A stretch of 45,853 nucleotides of DNA from a virus (lineage: Duplodnaviria; Caudoviricetes), in IMG/VR virus record IMGVR_UViG_3300033407_000030, positions 1 to 45,853 of that record; one strand, 5' to 3'. Position 1 is the stretch's first letter. Each line of letters starts with the position of its first letter. The notes under the pieces are model-generated. The model worked only from the letters and a program-made list of their open reading frames with translations. It was not told where the DNA came from and searched no databases. Made by a program: the position numbers and the translations under genes. Positions 28,340-37,413 of this stretch are shown here, one piece after another.

Positions 28340-28444
28340 ATGAATATGGCAACCGAGGCATTCCTTTTGTTCGCGCTGATAACCTACGGCGCTGGCGTGA
28401 TTTTCTTTATCATGCTGGCCTACTGGGCGCTGCGCAGCCGCTAG
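28340..28444 (+). CDS. Small membrane protein (34 aa), not in the ORF track
   Basis: MNMATEAFLLFALITYGAGVIFFIMLAYWALRSR. RBS GGGAGG. Confidence 0.55.
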   Translation: MNMATEAFLLFALITYGAGVIFFIMLAYWALRSR

Positions 28445-28521
28445 TCTAACTAGCTAAGCATGGGCCACGGCGCCGCCCCAAGCGCGCCTTCTATAGGGCA
28501 TTGCCCACTGGAGTATACGAC

Positions 28522-29136
28522 ATGACTAGACTGAACCTGACCACTACCCTTGCTATCACTAAGACCGTAGGCAAGAAGCGCCAGCCCGTGGGTACTGTAA
28601 CCGTGCCCATGCCTGATCTTGAGCAGATTAAGGTGCTGCTTGCATCTGACCCGCTGGAGCGCGTAAGCGTAGGCGACGACGGCATCCCTGAATACGCTGG
28701 CGACTTTGCTAGCTGGCTTATGCGCTGCGTTCGAGGTGCGGTGCAAGCTACGGCGCGCAACCGTCTGGTGACTGGCACTACCCAGCTGCGTCCTGGCGCT
28801 AGTATCCCTGCCACAATGGCAGACGTGACCGCGCCGCCAGTAATGGGGGGCAACGGGGAAGCGCTGGCGCAGTTGACTGCGCTCAAGAAGCAGTTCAAAG
28901 CCTACGCCGATGCGCTGGGCAAGGCCCCTAAGACTACTATGCTGATAGTCGAATGCTTCAACTCCCCTAAGGCGTTCCTGCTGCAGCCGCAGGAAGTGCA
29001 GGCTAAGATTGAACCGTACTTTGCCGGGTTCCTCGACTCGGTGGACAACGCGGCGCTAAGCAGCACACAGCTAGCCTACTTCGACAAGTTCGTAGGGGGC
29101 GACGACGATGAGGGTGACCTGTTCGACGATCTATAA
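28522..29136 (+). CDS. Hypothetical protein with acidic tail, paralogue of 24287..24922
   Basis: Start moved to ATG 28522 behind GGAG. Ends GDDDEGDLFDDL. Confidence 0.8.
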   Translation: MTRLNLTTTLAITKTVGKKRQPVGTVTVPMPDLEQIKVLLASDPLERVSVGDDGIPEYAGDFASWLMRCVRGAVQATARNRLVTGTTQLRPGASIPATMADVTAPPVMGGNGEALAQLTALKKQFKAYADALGKAPKTTMLIVECFNSPKAFLLQPQEVQAKIEPYFAGFLDSVDNAALSSTQLAYFDKFVGGDDDEGDLFDDL

Positions 29137-29173
29137 CGCATAGCGCTACGCTAGTTGCACTGCTAGTCTTACC

Positions 29174-29210
29174 AACCCTCGGTGGCTTACGCTATCGGGG
29201 GTTTTATTTT
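29174..29210 (+). terminator. Rho-independent terminator
   Basis: AACCCTCGGTGGC-TTAC-GCTATCGGGGGTT followed by TTATTTT. Confidence 0.8.
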
Positions 29211-29387
29211 GCCCGGATGTTAGAAGGGAATGGCAATTAGAATGATTCGCAACCAGGAGAGGGGGGCCTAGGGGCCTTTTTGCTTTAAGGGGGGCGCGCG
29301 GTATCATTTAGACCCCTCGGATAATCGCGTCAAATTTCTAGTTTAGCTATACTACAAACCTACACCCCTACTAGCACCTAAATCTCC

Positions 29388-29416
29388 TTCCCGTCAAAGC
29401 CAAATTAAGGTATACT
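29388..29416 (+). promoter_or_regulatory. Possible promoter for the packaging/structural genes
   Basis: TTCCCG-17 nt-TATACT. Shares TATACTTAAG with the 27952 promoter. The -35 is weak. Confidence 0.4.
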
Positions 29417-29470
29417 TAAGTTAAATCGAAGCCGCTAGCTTCGAGGTTTGAAGATTGAGGAGGAATTTCT

Positions 29471-30202
29471 ATGAATGCGCCAGCTGCGGGTATGAGTAAG
29501 AAGGAACGAGCTGCGCAGCTTACGGTGCAGGGTGCGACTGTTTCTGACATTCAAAGTATACTAGGCGTGCCAAAAGCCTGGACTACTCGCCTAACACAGG
29601 ATGAAGAGTTCATAGCACTGCTACACGCCTTCAAAAACCCTACAGGATTAGAAGGGGTTGACCCAGAAGAGGCTAGCCTACTAGAGCAGCACTTTGGAAG
29701 CCGCGAGGCCGTCCGCGAGAAGCTGGCCGACCTATCCTCCACTAGCCTTCAAAAAGAGGCTGGGGTCCTAGCGGACAGGTACACCCAACTGGAGCATAGG
29801 GTAATAGCAGCCCTGTCTACTAGCATCTCGCTGTCTACGGACCCAAGGCAGCTCACTGGGGTGCTTAACGTAATAGCCGCGCGGCACGCAGCAATGGCAA
29901 AGATGAATGCGCCTACGCAGCTGAATGTATATGCAGGAGGCAACTCCCGGGTAGCTATACAGCTTACGCTACCGGAGCATGCCATAGGGAAGGATGCTTT
30001 GCAGTTGTCCCCTAATAACGAAGTCATTGCTATTGAAGGGCGCTCTCTTAGTTCCATGAACGCTATGGAAGCCGGCGAGCTAATAGAAAGGCACAGGGTA
30101 GCTAGCGGGCAGCCCCCCTCCGCCTTCCAGCCCATGGGAGCGGACCCGCTGGATGACTTCCAGTCGGACCAGGATAGCATAGAAGGCTACCCTGACTTGT
30201 AG
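29471..30202 (+). CDS. Putative terminase small subunit
   Basis: N-terminal HTH-like segment (GATVSDIQSILGVPKAWTTRL), RBS GAGGAGG, located upstream of TerL. Confidence 0.55.
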   Translation: MNAPAAGMSKKERAAQLTVQGATVSDIQSILGVPKAWTTRLTQDEEFIALLHAFKNPTGLEGVDPEEASLLEQHFGSREAVREKLADLSSTSLQKEAGVLADRYTQLEHRVIAALSTSISLSTDPRQLTGVLNVIAARHAAMAKMNAPTQLNVYAGGNSRVAIQLTLPEHAIGKDALQLSPNNEVIAIEGRSLSSMNAMEAGELIERHRVASGQPPSAFQPMGADPLDDFQSDQDSIEGYPDL

Positions 30203-30229
30203 CATGCTGTCACCATAGAGGAGGCTCTT

Positions 30230-30415
30230 ATGCCTACTTCGACCGTAGCAAAGAAGGAAATGGAAGCCAGGAGAGAAGCCAGGAAAGCGGCCATTCTGGC
30301 TTCGCATTATAAGCACAAGCTCCTCAAGGCCAAAGAGGCTAGTGCACACTTGCTTAGCTTAATAGCCGAGCCTACTTCCACAGCTTTAGATGCGAGCGAT
30401 AATGCAGACCAATAG
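30230..30415 (+). CDS. Hypothetical protein
   Basis: RBS GAGGAGG. Lies between the putative TerS and TerL. Confidence 0.6.
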   Translation: MPTSTVAKKEMEARREARKAAILASHYKHKLLKAKEASAHLLSLIAEPTSTALDASDNADQ

Positions 30416-31904
30416 CTCAATTGCTAGAGAATACTTAGTAGACCAAGCTCAGGCCTACGAGAAAGGCAGGAAGGACTTTAATTTCTTCTCTGCCTTAGTA
30501 TTGCCGGATGTCTGTATATTCAAGTGGCCTCTTATGTATGTGGCTATGTGGTATCTTATCACCTCTAGGGATTCTGCAGTAGCCGGTAAGATACTCAGGA
30601 TGGCTCTGGGGCTTCCACGCGGGTTCGCAAAGACTACCTTTCTTAAGCTGGTAATATGCTGGCTTATAGCCTATGATAAGACAGAATATCTTCTTATAGT
30701 AGCTGCCAATGAAGAGCTGGCGTGTAACATCCTATCAGATGTAAATGACATGATGGGGTCTCCTAACGTAGAAGCTGTATATGGCGCATGGAACTCTCGT
30801 CTTACTACAGACAACAACAGAGAGAAGATCTGCTTCTATCATGGAAAGAAGCTAATACTGTATGCGCTTGGGGCACTCAGCTCTGTACGTGGTATAGCCA
30901 AGGATAACAAGCGCCCAGACTTTATCTTGTGCGATGACGTGCAGACTAAAGAGAATGATCAGTCTGAGTCCGAGCGTAGGCGTCTCAAGTCCTGGCTAGT
31001 AATGACTCTGTTTAAGTGTGTAGCTCCTCGCGGAGACAGGGTTATAGCTTATTTGGGGAACATGTATTCTACGGAATGCATGCTGTATCTTCTTAAGGAG
31101 ATGCCACAGTGGATCTCTCTTATTACAGGTGCGCTCTTAGTAGAAGGGGAAAGCCTATGGCCGGACTTGCAGTCTGTAGAGGAGATCATAGAATCATTCT
31201 TCCACGATGAAGGGTTAGGGCTAGGTTCAGACTGGTATGCGGAGATTATGAATGACCCGCAAGCTAATGAGAAGCGCCTACTCGCAGACACTCTGCCAGC
31301 GGTAGCATATGACCTACTAGAAGTAGAACCAGATGCAGCCTTCATTACTATAGACCCAGCCGGCTTCCGGAATAATTCAGATGACAACGTAGTAGTAGTG
31401 CATGAAGTACGAGGCGGAGACCCAGGTATCAGGGAAATGGTAGGGGGGATTTGGAACCCCAAGAAAGTAATAGAAGAAGCCATAAGGCTAGCTGTGGAGT
31501 ACAGATGCACCCTAATAGGGGTAGAGTCAGTAGCTTATCAGCAGACCCTGTGCTTTTGGCTGGACTACTTCTTGGAGGCTGCAGGTCTGCAGAATAGTGT
31601 GGCTGTGGTAGAATTGAAACCGCACGGCAGGCACAAAGAGACGCGTATTAAAGAATTGCGAGATGAATGGATGGAAGGCCGCTACCACTTTTTTGACGAG
31701 ACTGCGCGTAACCTGTTCATTTGGTATGGGCGTAAGTATAAGATAGGAGAGAAAGATAATAGGGATGATTATCTCGATGCCGCAGCCTATGGATTAGATG
31801 TGCGCAGAGAATACAATGGGCTACTTGGCATTATGAAAGACGACGAATACTTCAAGCCACGGGCTCCCCGGAGTCAAAGACCTAAGATAAATACCCCCTT
31901 CTAG
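30390..31904 (+). CDS. terL: Terminase large subunit
   Basis: Walker A LPRGFAKTT, VRG...RPDFILCDD (Walker B), YLGN, RNase H-like ITIDPA, GVESVAYQ, RDDYLDA. Confidence 0.93.
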   Translation: MRAIMQTNSSIAREYLVDQAQAYEKGRKDFNFFSALVLPDVCIFKWPLMYVAMWYLITSRDSAVAGKILRMALGLPRGFAKTTFLKLVICWLIAYDKTEYLLIVAANEELACNILSDVNDMMGSPNVEAVYGAWNSRLTTDNNREKICFYHGKKLILYALGALSSVRGIAKDNKRPDFILCDDVQTKENDQSESERRRLKSWLVMTLFKCVAPRGDRVIAYLGNMYSTECMLYLLKEMPQWISLITGALLVEGESLWPDLQSVEEIIESFFHDEGLGLGSDWYAEIMNDPQANEKRLLADTLPAVAYDLLEVEPDAAFITIDPAGFRNNSDDNVVVVHEVRGGDPGIREMVGGIWNPKKVIEEAIRLAVEYRCTLIGVESVAYQQTLCFWLDYFLEAAGLQNSVAVVELKPHGRHKETRIKELRDEWMEGRYHFFDETARNLFIWYGRKYKIGEKDNRDDYLDAAAYGLDVRREYNGLLGIMKDDEYFKPRAPRSQRPKINTPF

Positions 31905-31915
31905 GAGCATATAAG

Positions 31916-33862
31916 ATGGCTGAATATACCATTCACCAGGATACCCAAAAGACTCTAGTAGAATTAGTTAACTCCACCTTTGAGCATGCGACTACTCATC
32001 TTGAGGAATTGCATACTAAGATGGAAGTAGTAGATGTAATGTATGCAAGATACACTGCACTCAAAGATCAGACGCGCCACAATGGGGATGGTACGGATGC
32101 AGTACAGAAGGCTATGCAGCAATGTAGTGGGGAGTTCCGAGATCTGGAGAGCACCTTTGTAGACGTCAACATCCCATTGATAGTATCCCAGGTAGACACC
32201 GCAGTTGCATACCTAGCTGAACTATATCTCAGTGGAAGTCCTATCTTCCCAGTGGTCAGTGACCCGCAGTTTCGTAAGACTGCGGAATACATTGAGACTC
32301 TAGTGGACAAATACTCCACCATCTCTGGTTACCCTAAAGAGCTCTTGATGTTCTTTAAGGACGCCATGAAGTATAATTACGCTCCTATCAACACAGAGTG
32401 GGATGTAATACAGGAGTGGGAGAATAAACTAGATAACTCGAACTTAGATAATGCAGGGGAGTATCAAACTCGGCAGATCTTTGTAGGGTATAACAAGATA
32501 CGCAGGCTGGATCCGTATAACACCATACATGATATGTCAGTGCTCCCAGGTGACAATCATAAAGACGGGGAGTATGCAGGTTACATTTACCTATCCACTC
32601 CTAGCAATCTAAGTGCTCTGATAACTCGCCTCAGTGCTATGGACCTGGGGTATCTGCATAACACAGGCAAAGTATTTGATGCCATGCAGAATCAGAGGGA
32701 TCACTCGTACTGGAGAGAGAAGCCTCAAATATCCCATTACGTTACTACAGAGACAGAGTTCTCCTGGGAGCGTTACTTCGAGATGGCGGCCTCACACAAA
32801 AGAGGCAAGACCGAAATATACAAGGATCTGTTTGAAGTAAAGGTATTGTATCGTAGGGTTAGGCCTAAAGCTTACGGGCTCTTATCCCCTGAGACTAAAG
32901 GTATGAAAGAGCATGAGTATCGCATCTACAAGTTCATAATAGTGAATGAGATCCTTCTCTATGTGCAGCCAGTCTACACAGCATACAACTCTCTACCTAT
33001 TATGATTGGTAGCCCAATGGAGGATGGCTTCGGGCTGCAGACCCAGTCTATGGCAGAATCTACAGTGCCTATGCAGAAAGCGGTCAGCGCCATGACTAAC
33101 ATCCGCTTTCATAGTGCGCGCCGCGCCATATCGGACAGAGCGATATACGACGCGACCGCCATAGCCCCAGAAGATGTCAACGACGCTAACCCTAGCGCTA
33201 AGATAGCCGTCCAGACTAACTCCCTGACGAAGGGGAGGCTAGCGGATATGTACTACTCTATCCCATACGATTCGAGGGGTACTGACCATGTTATCGGTGA
33301 CGCCCTGACTATAGCCGGTTGGACTAACGAGCTGAATGGGCTTAATCGGGCGCAGCAGGGGCAGTTCCAGAAAGGAAATAAAACCAGGGAGGAGTTTAGT
33401 ACTATCATGTCTAATGCTGACATGAGGCAGCGGCTACCGGCCATCATGCTAGAATTCCAGATCTTTATGCCACTAAAGCAGATGATGAAGATGAACATCT
33501 CACGCTTTAGTGAGGCGCATAAGCTACGCTCACTTACCTCTGGTAAAGAAGTAGAGCTGGACCTTAACACCCTGCGTAGTGTGATGTTCGACTTCCGTAT
33601 GGGGGATGGCTACACCCCTAGTAGTAAGCTGGCTTCTACAGATCTTATTGCTGCTAGTATGCAATTGATACAAAGTTCTGAGATACTGCAACAGCAGTTT
33701 GGCCCCGCCTTGCCTAATATCTTTGCCCATCTGATGACCTTGGGCGGCGTAAAGGGCATTGATAATTATATGACTCAACCAGAAGGAACCCCTACTGATG
33801 CAACTACCCCCACGCAGCCTACTCAGCCTCAAACAGGGGCTGGACCAACTGGACCGGTCTGA
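31916..33862 (+). CDS. Portal protein
   Basis: 648 aa directly after TerL. IRRLDPYN and G......QG....NKT..E patterns typical of podovirus portals, with a Q/P-rich tail. Confidence 0.85.
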   Translation: MAEYTIHQDTQKTLVELVNSTFEHATTHLEELHTKMEVVDVMYARYTALKDQTRHNGDGTDAVQKAMQQCSGEFRDLESTFVDVNIPLIVSQVDTAVAYLAELYLSGSPIFPVVSDPQFRKTAEYIETLVDKYSTISGYPKELLMFFKDAMKYNYAPINTEWDVIQEWENKLDNSNLDNAGEYQTRQIFVGYNKIRRLDPYNTIHDMSVLPGDNHKDGEYAGYIYLSTPSNLSALITRLSAMDLGYLHNTGKVFDAMQNQRDHSYWREKPQISHYVTTETEFSWERYFEMAASHKRGKTEIYKDLFEVKVLYRRVRPKAYGLLSPETKGMKEHEYRIYKFIIVNEILLYVQPVYTAYNSLPIMIGSPMEDGFGLQTQSMAESTVPMQKAVSAMTNIRFHSARRAISDRAIYDATAIAPEDVNDANPSAKIAVQTNSLTKGRLADMYYSIPYDSRGTDHVIGDALTIAGWTNELNGLNRAQQGQFQKGNKTREEFSTIMSNADMRQRLPAIMLEFQIFMPLKQMMKMNISRFSEAHKLRSLTSGKEVELDLNTLRSVMFDFRMGDGYTPSSKLASTDLIAASMQLIQSSEILQQQFGPALPNIFAHLMTLGGVKGIDNYMTQPEGTPTDATTPTQPTQPQTGAGPTGPV

Positions 33863-34109
33863 GCTAGTAGCCCTACAGCATCTGTTCGAAGAACATAGTG
33901 TGCTTAGTAAATGGCTAGCTCATGTCGAAGCTACTATCCTCAAAGACAGAATGACTACCCCAGTCGACTTGTCGCATATGACAGCAGAGAAGTCCCTCTT
34001 TGCAGAAGGGTACTATCTAGGTAAGATAGAAACAATCATGGGGCTGGCAGAAAGCGCCGGACTTATGGGCAAGCCCCGCACTTGGGTAGACAGAGGCGAG
34101 GAGAGCTAG
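33798..34109 (+). CDS. Hypothetical protein following the portal
   Basis: Small helical ORF overlapping the portal 3' end, RBS GAAGGA. Confidence 0.6.
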   Translation: MQLPPRSLLSLKQGLDQLDRSELVALQHLFEEHSVLSKWLAHVEATILKDRMTTPVDLSHMTAEKSLFAEGYYLGKIETIMGLAESAGLMGKPRTWVDRGEES

Positions 34110-34117
34110 TGCTCGCA

Positions 34118-34252
34118 GTGGAACGGCTAATTGAAGTTGGGAGGCAAGTCGTAGCCTGCGCGTGGCCGGGTTCCAAAGCTTCAGCTTTGGCCCGGACATT
34201 AGCCACGCGCGACGCAGCCTGGGGCCCAACCTCAATTATGCCTAGTGTAACC
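34118..34252 (+). repeat. Dispersed structured element, copy E5 (most divergent ends)
   Basis: GTGGAACGGCTAATTGAAGTTGGG...TTCCAAAGCTTCAGCTTTGG (identical to the E2 apex)...TGGGGCCCAACCTCAATTATGCCTAGTGTAAC. Confidence 0.8.
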
Positions 34253-34274
34253 AACTAACAGCGTAAACATAAAG

Positions 34275-35060
34275 GTGATTAAGATGAGTAAATTAGTAAC
34301 GGCTCTCCCAGTGCAGCAGTGGCAGGCTGGGGGTTTCATGTCCAGATTTATGCCAGGTGGTCAACCCCAGCAGGGGCAGCATCAGCCTACTGACCCACAG
34401 GGGCAACCGGGGCAGCCGACCTCGCAACAGACAGGTGCTCCTACTGAGCCACCGCAGCCTACTGCACCAGAAAACCCTCTTGATGCTTTCTCTGGTTTGT
34501 TTGATAATACAGAAGGTGGGGAAGCAGAAAACCTGCCTCCTGCTTTTACGTTATCCCAGGATACGCTTACTGAAGTAGCCAATGGAATGGACTTCACTAG
34601 AGGCGTAACGGCAGAGGACCTGCAGGCAGTACAGGGTGGAGACACTGAGGCGCTTCTTAAACTCATCCAGCACGTAGGGCGTCAGAGCTATATGAACGCT
34701 GTACAGCACAATGCAGCACTGACGGATAAGTATGTCAATGCCCGTTCAGATTACGACCGGCAGAATGTAGCTCCGGCAGTAAGAGAGCAGTTGGTTGGGC
34801 AGGAAATGGAAAAGGGTTACTCTAAGGAAGCTTGGAGTAACCCAGTAGTCAAAGGCCAATTAGTGGATGTGGCCAAACGACTGCATAAGCGTTACCCTGA
34901 CGCGAATCCTTCTTGGATCGCAGAGCAGTCTAAGCAGTACCTGCAGCAAGTGACTGCACAGGCGCTAGGCTTAGATATAACATCCCTGCAGAACCCGCAG
35001 CAGAAGGGCCAGCCTGGGCAAGTCGCTGAGGTTGATTGGGAAAAGGAACTTGGTCTGTAA
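34275..35060 (+). CDS. Putative capsid scaffolding protein
   Basis: P/Q-rich N-terminus and helical body, directly before the major capsid gene. Start uncertain. Confidence 0.7.
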   Translation: MIKMSKLVTALPVQQWQAGGFMSRFMPGGQPQQGQHQPTDPQGQPGQPTSQQTGAPTEPPQPTAPENPLDAFSGLFDNTEGGEAENLPPAFTLSQDTLTEVANGMDFTRGVTAEDLQAVQGGDTEALLKLIQHVGRQSYMNAVQHNAALTDKYVNARSDYDRQNVAPAVREQLVGQEMEKGYSKEAWSNPVVKGQLVDVAKRLHKRYPDANPSWIAEQSKQYLQQVTAQALGLDITSLQNPQQKGQPGQVAEVDWEKELGL

Positions 35061-35091
35061 TTTAATCAACCACAGTTAGAGGAATGCTATT

Positions 35092-36342
35092 ATGTCATTC
35101 GAAAAAGGCATGTTTACAGTCTACATGAACCCTGATGAACTGAACCAGAAATCGTTCAGTACTCATATCATGCGGCTGTTCCCCAATGGTAGTGCACCGC
35201 TGTTTGCGCTGACCGGAGGTACTGGTAGTACTCGTGCTAAGTCTATTAAGCATGGGTACTTTTCTAAGACCTGGACATTTGCCAAGCTAACCATCAACGA
35301 TGGCGCTGGCTACGCAGCTGGAGATGAAACCCTTACTGTAGATTCTACTGCAGGGGTAGTAGCTGGCCAGGTTTATCATCTTACTCGTACGCGCGAGAAC
35401 ATCCGAGTTACCTCGGTAACGTCCAGTACTGTAGTAGTAGTATCACGTTCCTTTGGTCGTGTAGCGGCTGCTGCTATCGTGGATGATGACGAGTTCATTC
35501 ACGTTGGTACCGCGCACGAACAGGGGTCGGCTCGTCCTACTGCACGCAGCCAGACTACAGTATGGCGCGAGAACTTCACTCAGATCTTCCGTAATGCCTG
35601 GGCTATCACTGACACTGCCCGTGCCTCTTACGCCGAGGCTGGGTATAGTAACATCGCAGAGAACAAGCGTGACAACGCTATGCACCACGCTCAGGACATG
35701 GAAGCTGCAATGTTCTTCGGCCAGGCTAGCCTGGATACTGTTAACACTGGCGGCAATGGTAAGCCTATTTCGTCCACTCAGGGCGTAATTGACGCCATGC
35801 TGGAATACGCGCCGAGCCATGTAGTAGCTGCGGCGGCCACTACCAACTACGATGAGCTGGAAGATATGCTGGTGCCGGCCTTTGAATTCTCCACTAACAT
35901 GGGGAACGCAAAGGAACGTATGGCCTTTACGGGTTCTGCTGGTATGAAGGTTATCCAGCAGATCGGGCGTGCGCAGACCTACGATGTTAACATCAGCTTG
36001 GCTGAGAATAAGTTCGGTATGGTATTCAATTCCATTCGTACTTATAAAGGGTGGGTGCATGTAGTAGAGCACCCTCTGTTCAACGGGCTGGGTAGCGATA
36101 TCTCGTCCTCTCTTGTAGTACTGGATAAGCCTGCTATTAAGCTGGCTTACCTGGACGGACGAGCCACTCGGCCTGAAACCTATGGACTTGGGGGTACGGC
36201 ACAGCAGGATGCTGGCGCGGTAGCTGGAGACTGGAACGGGGGTGTCGATGCTCAAGGCGGGTCTGTTACGTCCGAGATGGCAGTAGAATTCCTCAACCCC
36301 TTCTCTGGCGTGGTCATTACTGGCCTGACCGCCGGTAACTAA
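35092..36342 (+). CDS. Major capsid protein (SU10/DUF5309-like HK97 fold)
   Basis: NFTQIFRNAWAIT, DMEAAMFFG, TQGV, VVEHPLF, SEMAVE. Follows the scaffold and is followed by a terminator. Confidence 0.88.
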   Translation: MSFEKGMFTVYMNPDELNQKSFSTHIMRLFPNGSAPLFALTGGTGSTRAKSIKHGYFSKTWTFAKLTINDGAGYAAGDETLTVDSTAGVVAGQVYHLTRTRENIRVTSVTSSTVVVVSRSFGRVAAAAIVDDDEFIHVGTAHEQGSARPTARSQTTVWRENFTQIFRNAWAITDTARASYAEAGYSNIAENKRDNAMHHAQDMEAAMFFGQASLDTVNTGGNGKPISSTQGVIDAMLEYAPSHVVAAAATTNYDELEDMLVPAFEFSTNMGNAKERMAFTGSAGMKVIQQIGRAQTYDVNISLAENKFGMVFNSIRTYKGWVHVVEHPLFNGLGSDISSSLVVLDKPAIKLAYLDGRATRPETYGLGGTAQQDAGAVAGDWNGGVDAQGGSVTSEMAVEFLNPFSGVVITGLTAGN

Positions 36343-36356
36343 TACGGGGAGCCTTT

Positions 36357-36384
36357 AAGGGGCCCTATGGGTCCCTTCTTTTTA
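36357..36384 (+). terminator. Rho-independent terminator after the capsid gene
   Basis: AAGGGGCCC-TAT-GGGTCCCTT followed by CTTTTT. Confidence 0.7.
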
Positions 36385-36400
36385 ATTTGGAGACACTGTA

Positions 36401-36832
36401 ATGACTAACACTCTTGCTAGTAAACTGGCTGCTCAAGCGCGTGACCCCATTGTGCGCACCCAGGCAGAAGCCAGCGGTAAGGAAGGCGCCAATATGCCAG
36501 ATATCCTGCCGGATGCTACTACTCCTGAAGCTCCCGCTAACCCGGCAGAGGCAGGGGCAGCCCATAGTACTATCGTGACTGGGACTGTAGGCTTCGGTCA
36601 GGGTATGCAAAATGCCGGTAACGCACAAGGCAGAGCACGCACTAGCCGTAGAATGCCAGGCTATTACTCTGTGCATATGGGGCGGATCTACCTTAAAGGC
36701 CGTGTGATTGAATGGCCTATCCATAGCCCTCTGAACCCGTCTCCGGACGATACAGATCTTATCGCTTACTTGGATCACCAAGTAAAGTGCAAGCGTGCAG
36801 AGTACGTTAAACCAGAAGACACTGAGGAGTAA
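36401..36832 (+). CDS. Hypothetical virion-associated protein
   Basis: RBS GGAG, in the structural operon. Confidence 0.65.
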   Translation: MTNTLASKLAAQARDPIVRTQAEASGKEGANMPDILPDATTPEAPANPAEAGAAHSTIVTGTVGFGQGMQNAGNAQGRARTSRRMPGYYSVHMGRIYLKGRVIEWPIHSPLNPSPDDTDLIAYLDHQVKCKRAEYVKPEDTEE

Positions 36833-36837
36833 CTACC

Positions 36838-37413
36838 ATGGCCACCTTTGACGATATGATCAAGGAGGTGGTAGTAAGGACTGGGCGTGGAAATAAGGGG
36901 AGTCTGATACGCAGTTGTGTAAATGATGCAGTAGCTAGACTCTCCTCTTATCATAAGTTTAAGTATGATCTGCAATATCTGGAGTACCCTATTCCACTAG
37001 CAGATCAGAATAACCTTATCCATCTCATTCCCTACTCTTCCCTCCTCCGTTATCGTGCTGCCGATGCTGTTCAAGGCGGCTCAGATTACGAGATTCTAGT
37101 TAAAGTACCTTCAGCCAAGGCCACGTGCCGTGGAGTAGCCAGGAAGGGCACCTACTACGAAAGCGGGCTAGGTATTCATGCTTCTCTGTGGTATACAACT
37201 GATATCATAAAGGTCTCTTATTATGATAAGCCTGCCCGTATCACTGAGCTTACAGAGGAGATTTGGCACTTCGATCATGCTTTCCATATTATCTCAGGAT
37301 TAGCCTCAGCTTATGTATATCGAGAAGCTGGTGAGACTGATGAATACGACAGGCTATTGGCTATGGCATTACGCGACATGGAAGAGTTCCGGAGAGATGT
37401 AGGAGGTATGTGA
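36838..37413 (+). CDS. Putative head-tail adaptor
   Basis: 191 aa with an MATFDDMIKEV-type N-terminal helix and C-terminal helices. Size and position match podovirus adaptors. Confidence 0.6.
   Translation: MATFDDMIKEVVVRTGRGNKGSLIRSCVNDAVARLSSYHKFKYDLQYLEYPIPLADQNNLIHLIPYSSLLRYRAADAVQGGSDYEILVKVPSAKATCRGVARKGTYYESGLGIHASLWYTTDIIKVSYYDKPARITELTEEIWHFDHAFHIISGLASAYVYREAGETDEYDRLLAMALRDMEEFRRDVGGM

Noticed and set aside
35260-35520. Beta-rich insertion in the major capsid protein
   Set aside because: Similar inserted domains occur in this capsid family, so it is not considered novel.
35443-36255. 270-aa ORF antisense to the major capsid gene, and other antisense ORFs in the track
   Set aside because: Shadow ORFs opposite well-supported genes, without RBS or recognisable motifs.
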